Notes under the pieces: generated by a model
Database searches by the model: none
Seen by the model: the letters and a program-made list of their open reading frames with translations, nothing else
Told to the model about the DNA's origin: nothing
Assembly (NCBI GenBank): GCA_037444125.1
Contig: JBBINA010000001.1
Span: 13,961-77,960, forward strand
Origin: a bacterium
GTDB taxonomy: Bacteria; Patescibacteriota; Minisyncoccia; JBBINA01
DNA: 64,000 nt
Reading direction: 5' to 3'
Position numbers and translations under genes: made by a program
Shown: positions 49,102 to 59,318 of the stretch, piece by piece
Layout of the letters: every line of letters starts with the position of its first letter
How positions within the stretch are numbered: position 1 is the stretch's first letter

Positions 49102-49608
49102 ATGAACGATAATAATCAAAAATTTAATGAGCTTTTAAAAAAAATTGATCAACTGAAAAAAACTGGCGAAATTGATTTGTCTATGGAGGAAGATTTAAGT
49201 GTGGCAGTGATGAATCTTATTAGTTTAGAGGAGCACTTCTTTTTTACAGGTTCAAAAACTGGCAAAACCGAATATTATGATTTTCTCAACGAAACGAGGC
49301 AAATTAGGAAGGATTTACTTGGTCGATTGATTGATAAAAAAAAGCATGAGGGCGAGACTTGGTGTATTAGTAAACACTTATTAGCGACAACGATGCGTCT
49401 GATGGAAGTTGGAACAAAATATCAGCAGGATGGCAAAAAAGACGAAGCCAAAAAAATATTTGCTTATGCTTATAAAATATATACTTTATTTTGGGGTTTA
49501 AGATTGCAACTAATTGATGTTTCAGGTATTAAAAAAGTTGCTCAAGAGGAAAAACCATGGAGTCTGGAAGATATTGTTAACAAGTTAGTGGATTGTTGTG
49601 ACGAATAA
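49102..49608 (+). CDS. hypothetical protein
   Basis: 168 aa ORF. Confidence 0.45.
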   Translation: MNDNNQKFNELLKKIDQLKKTGEIDLSMEEDLSVAVMNLISLEEHFFFTGSKTGKTEYYDFLNETRQIRKDLLGRLIDKKKHEGETWCISKHLLATTMRLMEVGTKYQQDGKKDEAKKIFAYAYKIYTLFWGLRLQLIDVSGIKKVAQEEKPWSLEDIVNKLVDCCDE

Positions 49609-49664
49609 ATAAAAAATATAAAGTTAATTGGTAGTTAAAAACATGAATTGAAATTAGACGAATT

Positions 49665-50921
49665 ATGATTAAGAATATTGAAAAATTAGGCGTTTCCGAA
49701 GAAAGAAAGAAGCTTTTAGAGATTCTTGATTATGGTCTTGAATGCACGCGACCGAAGGAAGCTGTGAAAAGATCTTTAAGTTTGCAAGGAGATTATCTTT
49801 TTATACAGGGAGTGAATTTCGATTTGACAAAATTCAAAAGTATTTGTGTTATTGGGATCGGCAAATCGTCTGGTCAAGCCTGCGAAGCACTAGAGGAAAT
49901 ATTGGGTGAAAAGTTATCTTTTGGTTACTGTATTGATGTTGTGCCAGCTAGCCTAAGAACAATAGCTTTAACTATCGGTGAACATAAGACTCTTGTTAAA
50001 AGGAATTTTTCTTTTTCCAATGCTGTGGTTTCGTCTTTGAGAAATTTAGAGAAAGATGATTTGGTTATTGCAATTATTTCGGGCGGAGGATCGGCTTTGT
50101 TTAGTTATCCTTACGACAGCGAACATATTGTAGGGCGGTTTTTGTTTGAAAAGTTAACCCAACAAGGTGCTAAAATTCAAGAAATTAATACAGTCCGCAA
50201 ACATTTGTCATTAGTTAAGGGAGGCGGTTTAGCAAAAATTGTTTATCCAGCCACACTGATTGGGCTTATTTTTTCCGATGTGCCGGGCGATGATATAAGT
50301 TTTGTTGCTTCTGGACCGACAGTTAAGGACCAAACTACTGTTAAGGATGCTATGGCTATATTAGATAAATATAATATTAATGAGAAAATTGAATTTATTG
50401 AAACGCCAAAAGATGATAAATATTTTGAAAGAGTTTTTAATTTTTTAGTTTGTTCAAATGGAATTACTTTAACAGCAATGAAGAAAAAGGCAGAAGATTT
50501 AGGGTTGAAGGCGCGCATATGGAGGCGAGATTTTGAAGCTGATGCGGATTTAGCCGCAAAGATTTTATTAGATGAAACTGAACCAGGCGAGCTACTTTTG
50601 GCTGGAGGCGAAACTACAGTTAGAATAAGAGGTGGTGGTGTTGGCGGACGAAACCAACAGTTGGTCTTGTCAGCCCTTAAAGTTATAAAAGTTGGAGAGA
50701 TTGTTATTTCCTGTGCTTCCGACGGTTATGATAATAGCGATGCTGCCGGGGCAATTGCGGATTATATTACTTTAGAGAAAGCAAATCAACTCAATTTGGA
50801 TATTCAGTCATATATTTCAAATAATGACTCTTTTAATTTTTTTTCTAAAACAGGCGATCAAATTATAAGCGGTCTCACCGGTATAAATATTTCTGATCTT
50901 TTTTTAATTTATAAAAAATAA
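49665..50921 (+). CDS. glycerate 2-kinase (MOFRL family)
   Basis: ISGGGSALF, INTVRKHLSLVKGG, LLAGGETTVRIRGGGVGGRNQQLVLSA, GLTGINISDL match TM1585-type glycerate kinase. Confidence 0.82.
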   Translation: MIKNIEKLGVSEERKKLLEILDYGLECTRPKEAVKRSLSLQGDYLFIQGVNFDLTKFKSICVIGIGKSSGQACEALEEILGEKLSFGYCIDVVPASLRTIALTIGEHKTLVKRNFSFSNAVVSSLRNLEKDDLVIAIISGGGSALFSYPYDSEHIVGRFLFEKLTQQGAKIQEINTVRKHLSLVKGGGLAKIVYPATLIGLIFSDVPGDDISFVASGPTVKDQTTVKDAMAILDKYNINEKIEFIETPKDDKYFERVFNFLVCSNGITLTAMKKKAEDLGLKARIWRRDFEADADLAAKILLDETEPGELLLAGGETTVRIRGGGVGGRNQQLVLSALKVIKVGEIVISCASDGYDNSDAAGAIADYITLEKANQLNLDIQSYISNNDSFNFFSKTGDQIISGLTGINISDLFLIYKK

Positions 50922-50923
50922 TT

Positions 50924-53401
50924 ATGGATAAATTGAGGGAATTTGTCCTTTGGTTTGACCAGGTAGGAATAGAAGATACGCCGCTTGTTGGCGGTAAAAA
51001 CGCAGCTTTAGGCGAGATGTATCGAAATCTTACGCCGATGGGCATTAAAGTGCCTAATGGCTTTGCCGTAACTAGTTATGCTTATAACTACTTTATTGAG
51101 CAAAATGATTTAAAGAAAGCTATTTATGATATTTTGAAGGATCTTGATACTCATAATATAAGACAGCTACAACAATGTGGTCAGCAAGTAAGAAATTTGA
51201 TTTTAACCGGCTCATTTCCGGAGGATCTAAAGAATGCCATCTGGAAGGCTTATGACGATTTGGGTTTGTGTTATTTTAAAGATCCGGACGTGGCTGTGCG
51301 TTCATCAGCTACAGCAGAAGATTTGCCTGATGCTTCTTTCGCTGGCGAACAAGAGACATACCTTAATGTAAGAGGTAAAGAAAAATTGCTTTTAGCGGTT
51401 AAAAAGTGTTTTGCGTCCTTATTTACAGATAGGGCTATTTCTTATAGGAATGATAAGAAATTTGATCATTTTAAAATTGCGCTTTCGGTAGGTGTTCAAA
51501 AAATGGTGCGTTCGGATCTAGCGGGTTCTGGCGTTGCCTTTACACTTGATACTGAAACTGGTTTTGACAAGGTTATTGTTATAAATGGTGCTTATGGGTT
51601 GGGAGAATTAATTGTTCAGGGCCAAGTTATTCCAGATGAATGGATTGTTTATAAAGAAGCACTTAAAAAGGGGTATAAAGCTATTATTGCAAAAAGTCTT
51701 GGTGAAAAGTCTAAAAAAATTATTTATGGAAAAGAAAGGCAAACTGAGTTAGTTGATGTCTCTTCGGCTGATTATGTTAAGTTTGTTTTAACAGACGAGG
51801 AAGTTTTAAAATTAGCTAAGTGGTGCAGTCTCATTGAAGAACATTTTTCCCAGAAGCGAGGCAAATTTCAACCAATGGATATTGAATGGGCTAAAGATGG
51901 GGAGATTAACGAACTTTTTATTGTGCAAGCAAGGCCAGAAACAGTGCATTCAACTAAACAGAAGAATGTTCTTGAAGAATACAAGCTAGAAGTTAAGGGC
52001 AAAGAATTACTTCGTGGCATTGCTGTTGGTACTAAAATTGCCACGGGCAAAGTCCGTATTATAAAAGATGTTGAGAAAATTCATGATTTCCAAAAAGGCG
52101 AAATTTTGGTCACTGAAATTACTGATCCAGACTGGGAGCCAATTATGAAAATCGCCTCAGGTATTATTACTGACAAAGGTGGTAGGACAAGTCACGCCGC
52201 TATTGTCTCGCGGGAACTTGGTATACCTTGTATTGTTGGTGCTCAGCGGGCGACATCTGTTTTAAAAACAGGTCAAATGATAACTATGGATTGTTCTTCG
52301 GGGGTAGAAGGTGTTATTTTTGATAAAATTCTAGATTACAAGATTATAAAACATGACCTTGGAATTATTCCTGAAACCAGGACCCATGTTATGGTGAATA
52401 TTGGTTCGCCGGCTGAGGCTTTTAAGAATCATTTTTTACCAGTTAAAGGCGTAGGGCTTGCCCGGGAAGAATTCATTTTAGCCAGCCACATAAGGATACA
52501 CCCCAATGTCTTAATTGATTATTTTGAATTAAAAGAGCGTTCTAAAAAATTAAGCCTGAAGTCGCAGAAATTAAAATTTGAAGCGATGTTAAAAGAAATT
52601 GAAAGTTTAACTGCTGGTTATGAAGATAAAAGACAATATTATGTTGATAAATTAGCCTATGGAATTGCCAAAATAGGCGTGGCTTTTGCGCCTTATCAGG
52701 TAATTGTTAGATTTTCTGATTTTAAGACCAATGAATACCGAACGCTTTTAGGCGGAGAGTTATATGAACCTCATGAAGAAAATCCAATGATTGGTTGGCG
52801 GGGCGCCTCGCGTTACTATGATCCGAAATTCGCCGAGGCGTTTAAATTAGAAGTCAAAGCTATTAAAAAGGTGCGCGAAGAAATGGGTGTTACCAATATT
52901 GTGCCTATGATTCCATTCGTTAGAACAGTCGAGGAAGTTAAGAGGGTTATTGAAATAATGAGGCAAGGCGGTTTAGAACGTGATGTTCAGCATATAAATT
53001 CTTGTCATAAACAAGTTCAGGACTGCGACCATTTCCGTATCTATATGATGTGTGAAGTGCCGTCAAATGTTATTTTGGCTGATGAGTTTTTGGAGCTGGT
53101 TGATGGTTATTCAATTGGTTCAAATGACTTGACTCAGTTGACTCTTGGTTTGGATCGTGATGCTGGAATTTTAGCGCATATTGGAAATGAAAACAATGAA
53201 GCCGTAAAGATTTTTATCAGACAGGTTATTAAAAAATGTTTGGAAAAACATAAATACATCGGCATTTGTGGTCAAGCGCCTTCAGATATTGAAGGTTATG
53301 CTGAGTTTCTGGTAAAGGGGGGTATTGAATCAATTAGTTTAAATCCTGACACAGTCATTAAAACAATTTTAAAAATTAGTCAAATTGAGAAATCAATATA
53401 G
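50924..53401 (+). CDS. ppsA: phosphoenolpyruvate synthase (pyruvate, water dikinase)
   Basis: N-term PPDK_N pattern, phospho-His motif GGRTSHAAIVSRELGIPCIVG, C-terminal PEP-utilising TIM barrel. Confidence 0.92.
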   Translation: MDKLREFVLWFDQVGIEDTPLVGGKNAALGEMYRNLTPMGIKVPNGFAVTSYAYNYFIEQNDLKKAIYDILKDLDTHNIRQLQQCGQQVRNLILTGSFPEDLKNAIWKAYDDLGLCYFKDPDVAVRSSATAEDLPDASFAGEQETYLNVRGKEKLLLAVKKCFASLFTDRAISYRNDKKFDHFKIALSVGVQKMVRSDLAGSGVAFTLDTETGFDKVIVINGAYGLGELIVQGQVIPDEWIVYKEALKKGYKAIIAKSLGEKSKKIIYGKERQTELVDVSSADYVKFVLTDEEVLKLAKWCSLIEEHFSQKRGKFQPMDIEWAKDGEINELFIVQARPETVHSTKQKNVLEEYKLEVKGKELLRGIAVGTKIATGKVRIIKDVEKIHDFQKGEILVTEITDPDWEPIMKIASGIITDKGGRTSHAAIVSRELGIPCIVGAQRATSVLKTGQMITMDCSSGVEGVIFDKILDYKIIKHDLGIIPETRTHVMVNIGSPAEAFKNHFLPVKGVGLAREEFILASHIRIHPNVLIDYFELKERSKKLSLKSQKLKFEAMLKEIESLTAGYEDKRQYYVDKLAYGIAKIGVAFAPYQVIVRFSDFKTNEYRTLLGGELYEPHEENPMIGWRGASRYYDPKFAEAFKLEVKAIKKVREEMGVTNIVPMIPFVRTVEEVKRVIEIMRQGGLERDVQHINSCHKQVQDCDHFRIYMMCEVPSNVILADEFLELVDGYSIGSNDLTQLTLGLDRDAGILAHIGNENNEAVKIFIRQVIKKCLEKHKYIGICGQAPSDIEGYAEFLVKGGIESISLNPDTVIKTILKISQIEKSI

Positions 53402-53442
53402 TAGATAGAGAATGATTATAGCTTTAATTTGACTAGGATAAA

Positions 53443-53922
53443 GTGGTAAATTCTGAAAATTTTAATAAAATTATGATTTTTCTAGGAGCCGACCATCGAG
53501 GATTTAAATTAAAAGAGGTTTTAAAGAGTTGGCTTAAGGCCCAAGGAGTTGCTTTTGAGGATTTGGGAGCTTTTAGTTTTAATCCCGACGATGACTATAA
53601 TGATTTTGCTTTGGCGGTAGCAAAAAAAGTGGCAGAGAGGCCTGAAGAAGGCAGAGGAGTTTTAATTTGCGGTTCAGGTATTGGCGTTGATATTGTTGCT
53701 AATAAAGTAAAAGGCGTAAAATCATCTTTAGTTTGGCGCAAAGAGTTGGCCGATTACCGTAAATATTATGGCGCAAATGTTTTATCATTGCCAGCAGATT
53801 TTTTGACTGAAAGCGAAGCCATTGAAATTGTGAAAATCTGGTTAAATACCAAAGAGCTTTTACAGGAAGAAAAATATAAAAGGCGACGACAGAAAATCAA
53901 AGAACTTGAGGATGGGCAATGA
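53443..53922 (+). CDS. rpiB: ribose-5-phosphate isomerase B
   Basis: GADHRGF, ICGSGIGVDIVANK; ATG at 53473 is the more likely start. Confidence 0.85.
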   Translation: MVNSENFNKIMIFLGADHRGFKLKEVLKSWLKAQGVAFEDLGAFSFNPDDDYNDFALAVAKKVAERPEEGRGVLICGSGIGVDIVANKVKGVKSSLVWRKELADYRKYYGANVLSLPADFLTESEAIEIVKIWLNTKELLQEEKYKRRRQKIKELEDGQ

Positions 53923-54080
53923 GGATTTAGTCCAAAAACTTTAATTTAATTAGCCAGAGAATTTCAGTATAAAAACAGGACAACTTCAACTTGATATCTA
54001 ATTTGCATTTGGTTTTTGAAATGGTAAAATTATTAGTAATACAGTATTAAGAAAATAGGATTTAATTTGTAATTTTTTCT

Positions 54081-54344
54081 ATGGCCGAGGATTATAAAGA
54101 AGTTTTAGTGGGCGAAATTATTCATTATTATGGTCATATTGGCGTAGGTATCGTGAAACTGGAAGGAGCGCTTAGGGTTGGCGATAAGATTCATATTAAA
54201 GGGCATTCGGATGATTTTGAGCAAGTGGTTGAGTCAATGCAAGTGGAGCATAAGCCTGTTGATTCAGCTAAGAAGGGTGAAGTCGTTGGTGTAAAAGTTG
54301 TCCAAAAAGTGCATGAAGGTGATAAAGTATATTTGGTTAAATGA
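54081..54344 (+). CDS. small beta-barrel protein resembling EF-Tu domain 2
   Basis: 87 aa; G(V)GIVKLEG.LRVGDKIHIKG pattern. Confidence 0.45.
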   Translation: MAEDYKEVLVGEIIHYYGHIGVGIVKLEGALRVGDKIHIKGHSDDFEQVVESMQVEHKPVDSAKKGEVVGVKVVQKVHEGDKVYLVK

Positions 54345-54708
54345 GCTGAATTTTTTCAGTCAGTCTGCGTTAATTATAGCAGATTTATGTTTACCAAAAA
54401 TTTTTTGATTGTTTTAATCTCCGTTATGGTTATTATTAATAATGGTATTATTTTGTTAGCTACGAGTTTTATTTTGAAGTCAAAATTTTAGTTTTAAAAA
54501 AAATAGTTTTATGATTTTGTTGAGCCAGTTTTATATTTTATTTCTTTTTATTCTATACTTGAAAACTTGACCGATTTTTAATCAATAAGATAGCAATTCC
54601 AAGATAGTAATTTTAAAATTTACGCATATTTTTAAACAATTCTGTACCAAACATAAAAAGATATGTTTTATTTTAATAGCATATTAAATTATATATAGCT
54701 AAGAAAGA

Positions 54709-55134
54709 ATGGTTTATTATATTTTTAGTTTTACCATTGTTTTAATCAGCGCTTTTTTACTGATTAAACTTGATATGACGTCCTACAGTAATTTAGGACT
54801 GGCTATTTTGGTTATATTTTTGGCAAGCATGCTTTTTTCTATAGCTTATACAGCTTATGTTACGAATGTGAGGGATTGGGATAAGAAAATTAAAGAAGTT
54901 GGTTGGGACAAATTAAGCCGGCAGGACAGAATAAAGCTTACAACAGAAACTTTGTTAGTTGTCGGTCTTTTAATAGTTACGGCAATTTATATTAAGGAGA
55001 GATTTTTTGAGCGAGAAGTTGGTTTTGGCAACTTTTTAAGCACCACATTTTTAGTTATTTCTGCAAGAGTTTATATAGAGTATAGACTTATACTCGCAAT
55101 CAGAGCAAAAATAAAAAAGCCAGAAGTTGTTTGA
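54709..55134 (+). CDS. hypothetical membrane protein
   Basis: 141 aa, 4 predicted TM. Confidence 0.4.
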   Translation: MVYYIFSFTIVLISAFLLIKLDMTSYSNLGLAILVIFLASMLFSIAYTAYVTNVRDWDKKIKEVGWDKLSRQDRIKLTTETLLVVGLLIVTAIYIKERFFEREVGFGNFLSTTFLVISARVYIEYRLILAIRAKIKKPEVV

Positions 55135-55521
55135 AACCTCTCAACAGAAGTTTTGAAGTTTTGATATGTTTCACAACATTCTGGCTCCATCAATGGAATT
55201 ACGAAAGAACTTCTTTGGAGTTGCTCTAGGAGAATGAACAAAAAGTTTTGGCTTTAATCGCAACATCCAAAGAATAGTTTTCTCTGAAGTTGCTAACACC
55301 GAGTCAACAAAATGTTTCACTTTCAGACACAACATTCAGAGAAATAATATTATAAGGTAATTTAAATTATAAAGTCAAATAAAACAAATTTTTAAAAATT
55401 TGACTAGATAATTTAGGTATAATAAAATTATATTGTATGTCTGTATAAAATTGTTTAACTTAATTTATTTGCAACATTTTATTTATGCCTCAGGCAGCAA
55501 AAACTCGGGTAAATATTATGC

Positions 55522-56509
55522 GTGGCTTACGGTTTAGCGATTGTTACAGGTATAACAGCTTTTGCCATAGCATATACTAATTTAACGGGTTCTCTTTCTA
55601 CGACTATTAATACTTCAAGTATTTATGGTTTAACTATAGAGGGAATAAAAGATTTAGTTTGGAATCCTGCTATCAATTACAAATATTCGGCTGTTGGCAC
55701 TAGTTCAAGAAATGGCAAAATAACATATTACTTTGAGTGGAGCGATGGTATTTTTTTAACAAGACCTTAAAAGCTGATAGCGGCAAACGAGTATTTATAA
55801 AAAGAAGGTTTCCTGCGCCAGGAGCTTACTGGCTTAAAGTTACAGCTGCAGATCAATATGGAGCTAAAGCGCAAAAAGTTGGAGGATCTTTTACGGTAAC
55901 AAATCAAAATCCAAGAGTAAATTTTTACGGCTTTGATTTAAGTTATTATCGCGATAAAACTTACTCATTTGCTATTGAAATGTTAGAGGATAAATTTGAT
56001 AGGATTGTAAGTTATAGCTGTAGTTGGCATGATAGTATATCTTGTGGTTCTCCTTCTGTTACAGGAAATGGCAAAAAATACTTTATAAAACCGATAGGGA
56101 GTTTAAAAATGCTGGCGCTTTCAGAGTTAATTACGAAGCCACTGATTCTTACGGAGGATGGAGGATTTAGTAGTGGCAGCAAAACAATTTTTGTAGCCCC
56201 AAATAGACCTCCCGTCATTTCTATTAATGTCCTACTGTTATAACTAGGGGTGGAATGGGGACATGGTATTATAGATGTTCGTGACGGAGAGGATAGTGTC
56301 CAAAATACCATTACAGAACTAGAGTGTAAGTGATCAGATGGGGTTAATTGTAGCAATGTACCATTTCCAGGGTTTAACGAGGTTTTATTTCAAGAAGTTA
56401 GGAGTTTTTCTAAAACAGGACTTTTAAGCTAACAGTAAGGGCAACAGATAATGAAGGTGCCGTAACAAGTAAAATTTATTCAGTGACAGTAACTGAATTA
56501 ACGCCATAG
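55522..56509 (+). pseudogene. PKD-repeat surface protein, degraded by multiple frameshifts
   Basis: PKD-like segments (ITYYFEWSDG..., YWLKVTAADQYGAKA, LTVRATDNEGAVTSKIYSVTVTE) spread over three frames; first shift inside the T7 run 55751-55757. Confidence 0.55.
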
Positions 56510-56543
56510 ATTTTATTTTTAATATTTTAAATATTTAAATATT

Positions 56544-57548
56544 ATGAAAATTGGATTTTTTGAGTTGGAGGGATGGGAAGAAGAAATAATTAAAAAAAAC
56601 CTGTCCAACGATGAGTTGTTTTTTTCAAAGGAAAAAATTGATCAAAATAGTTTAGCTTTTCAAAAAGATTGCGAAGGGATTTCAATTTTTGTTAATTCAA
56701 AAATTAATGCTGAAGTTTTGCAAAATTTTCCTAAATTGAAATTTATCACTACGCGTTCGACAGGTTATGACCATATTGATTTAAAAGCATGTTCTGAAAA
56801 AAATATTGTTGTCGCTTATGTGCCGGGTTATGGCGACAATACTGTGGCTGAATTTGCTTTTGGTTTAATACTTAATTTAACGCGTAAGATTTATCATGCT
56901 ATTGATCAAATAAAAGAGCATGGTTCGTTTTCACTTGAAGGCATGAGGGGAATTGATTTAAAAGGAAAGACTTTAGGCGTCATAGGAACCGGCAGAATTG
57001 GTAAAGAAGTAATTAAAATTGCCAAAGGATTTTCGATGAATATTATTGCCCATGATATTTATCCTGATTTTAAATACGCTCAAGAAATGAATTATTCTTA
57101 TCTTGATCTTAACGGGCTTCTAAAAAATTCAGATATTATTACTATTCATACTCCATATTTACCCCAGACTCATCATTTGATCAATAAACAAAACATTAAC
57201 TTTATTAAAAGAGGTGCTTACCTTATTAATACCGCTCGCGGCCCAATTGTTGAAACAGAGGCTTTGGTAGAGGCTCTTAAGCAGGGAATTCTTATGGGTG
57301 CAGGCCTTGATGTTTTGGAAGAAGAAGGCGAGGTGAAGGATGAGCTCAATTTTTTAGCTAAAAACCACCCTCGCGAGCAAACGCTTAAAAATATGCTTTA
57401 TAACCATATTTTAATGGAAATACCAAATGTTCTTATCACCCCCCATAACGCTTTTAATACTCAAGAAGCCTTAGAAAGGATTTTAAGGACGACGATTGAT
57501 AACATAAAAAGTTTTAAAAACAATGCGCCTATAAACTTGGTTAAGTAA
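56544..57548 (+). CDS. D-isomer-specific 2-hydroxyacid dehydrogenase (D-lactate dehydrogenase LdhA-like)
   Basis: NAD motif GVIGTGRIGKEV, catalytic R/E/H context, LdhA-like N-terminus. Confidence 0.85.
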   Translation: MKIGFFELEGWEEEIIKKNLSNDELFFSKEKIDQNSLAFQKDCEGISIFVNSKINAEVLQNFPKLKFITTRSTGYDHIDLKACSEKNIVVAYVPGYGDNTVAEFAFGLILNLTRKIYHAIDQIKEHGSFSLEGMRGIDLKGKTLGVIGTGRIGKEVIKIAKGFSMNIIAHDIYPDFKYAQEMNYSYLDLNGLLKNSDIITIHTPYLPQTHHLINKQNINFIKRGAYLINTARGPIVETEALVEALKQGILMGAGLDVLEEEGEVKDELNFLAKNHPREQTLKNMLYNHILMEIPNVLITPHNAFNTQEALERILRTTIDNIKSFKNNAPINLVK

Positions 57549-57555
57549 TAAGCTT

Positions 57556-58761
57556 ATGCAGATAAAAAGTATAGTTATCAGGCAAATTTTTGATTCTCGG
57601 GGAGAGCCTACTCTTGATTTTGAAATCCAAGATTATCGAGGGAATATAGTATTTTCGCAAATCCCGCGAGGTAAAAGTATTGGTTCTAATGAGGTTCAAT
57701 CTTTTGATTATGAACATGCTAAGAAAGTAGTCGCAGAAACGGTTTTGCCCAAAATCCAAAATTTGGATTTTAAAAATGTATCAGATTTTGATAATTTTTT
57801 GATTGAATTAGATGGAACAGTCTTTAAATCAAAATTAGGCGGCAATGTTATGCTTGGACTTTCAATTGGTTTCGCTAAGATATTAGCTAATAACTTAGGT
57901 AAGCAATTATACTTGGTTTTGCAAGAAGAGTTTTTCAGAGAAGGAGCTTTGGATATTAGTCAACCAGTGATTCTGGCTAATTTTATCAATGGCGGCGCCC
58001 ATGCTAAAAACAATTTAAGTTTTCAGGAATATTTAGTCTTGGGGTTTATGCGGGATTCGGTTGGCAGTACGATTAATAAATTAATAAGGTTATATCAAGA
58101 GTTGGAAAAATATCTAACAGAGTATTGTCATACGGATATTGTTCCTATAGGTGATGAAGCAGGCTATTCGATTAATTTTAAAAACAACCTTGAGCCACTA
58201 GAGATTCTTGAGGTTTTAATTAAAAAAAATCATTTAGAAAAATATTTTAAGCTTGGCCTTGATGTGGCTGCTAGCCATTTTTATCGGGACGGTTTTTATT
58301 TTATTGATAACAAAAAATATGACTCCAATGAACTATTAGGATATTATGAGGAGATGTTTAAAAAATTTTCTCTACTTTATTCTATTGAGGATCCATTTTT
58401 TGAAGGCGATCAAGAAGGTTTTAAGAGCTTAATGCATCTTTACGGCGATACAAAGTTGATTATTGGAGATGACCTTACAGCTACTAATGTTAATTTGATT
58501 ACACGGGCTCATACTGACAAAATGATAAACGGGTTAATTATAAAGCCTAATCAGATAGGGACTATAACTGAAACAGCTATTGCTTTAAAAACGGCCAGCC
58601 AATATAATATGAAATCGATTGTATCGCATCGTTCAGGCGAAACCGAGGACAATTTTATTATTGACTTAGCCAAAGCTGCCGGAGCTTTTGGTGTTAAAAT
58701 CGGTGCGCCGGCTCGCGAAAGAATTTTAAAATATAATCAATTAATAAGATTATATGAATAA
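57556..58761 (+). CDS. eno: enolase (divergent)
   Basis: N-term IRQIFDSRGEPTLDFEI, C-term SHRSGETEDNFIIDLA...KIGAPARERILKYNQLIR. Confidence 0.85.
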   Translation: MQIKSIVIRQIFDSRGEPTLDFEIQDYRGNIVFSQIPRGKSIGSNEVQSFDYEHAKKVVAETVLPKIQNLDFKNVSDFDNFLIELDGTVFKSKLGGNVMLGLSIGFAKILANNLGKQLYLVLQEEFFREGALDISQPVILANFINGGAHAKNNLSFQEYLVLGFMRDSVGSTINKLIRLYQELEKYLTEYCHTDIVPIGDEAGYSINFKNNLEPLEILEVLIKKNHLEKYFKLGLDVAASHFYRDGFYFIDNKKYDSNELLGYYEEMFKKFSLLYSIEDPFFEGDQEGFKSLMHLYGDTKLIIGDDLTATNVNLITRAHTDKMINGLIIKPNQIGTITETAIALKTASQYNMKSIVSHRSGETEDNFIIDLAKAAGAFGVKIGAPARERILKYNQLIRLYE

Positions 58762-59125
58762 AAATTTATCAACTTACTTTATAATTATTTGTTTTATTGT
58801 TTTGATTGTGGGATTATTTATTTGGAAGCAAAAAGCGCAAAAGCCTGATCCGAGAGCCGAGGTTTTAGCTAAATGTTTAGCTGAAAATAAGGCGGCAATG
58901 TATGGCGCCTATTGGTGTAGTCATTGCCAAAACCAAAAGAATATGTTTGGGGCCGCCTTTAAATATGTGCCATATATTGAATGCACTGAGGAAACTCAGA
59001 AATGTGTTGATGCCGATGTCAAAGGGTATCCTACTTGGATTTTCGCTAGTGGTCAAAAATTAGAAGGCGTACAAAGTTTTGATAAATTAGCCGAGACAGC
59101 TGGTTGTGATTTGCCAGCTTTTTAA
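58754..59125 (+). CDS. membrane-anchored thioredoxin-like protein (resembles the VKOR-associated Trx domain)
   Basis: TM anchor; YGAYWCSHCQNQK CxxC motif, ...YIEC..., GYPTW. Confidence 0.65.
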   Translation: MNKNLSTYFIIICFIVLIVGLFIWKQKAQKPDPRAEVLAKCLAENKAAMYGAYWCSHCQNQKNMFGAAFKYVPYIECTEETQKCVDADVKGYPTWIFASGQKLEGVQSFDKLAETAGCDLPAF

Positions 59126-59318
59126 TATTGCTGTTTCTAACTAGCCTAATGTTTCGGAACATATAAAATCGAAACAAATAAAATTCTGGAAAATTATTGG
59201 CATTTGTTTAAGACACTATTATACTACTAAAGCTGGAACTTCAAGAAGAAAATGAATAAAGAAATAAAAATTTTTGCAAAGCGCGGAGGAGCGCTTTTTA
59301 ATTTTTGAATTAATTTCT

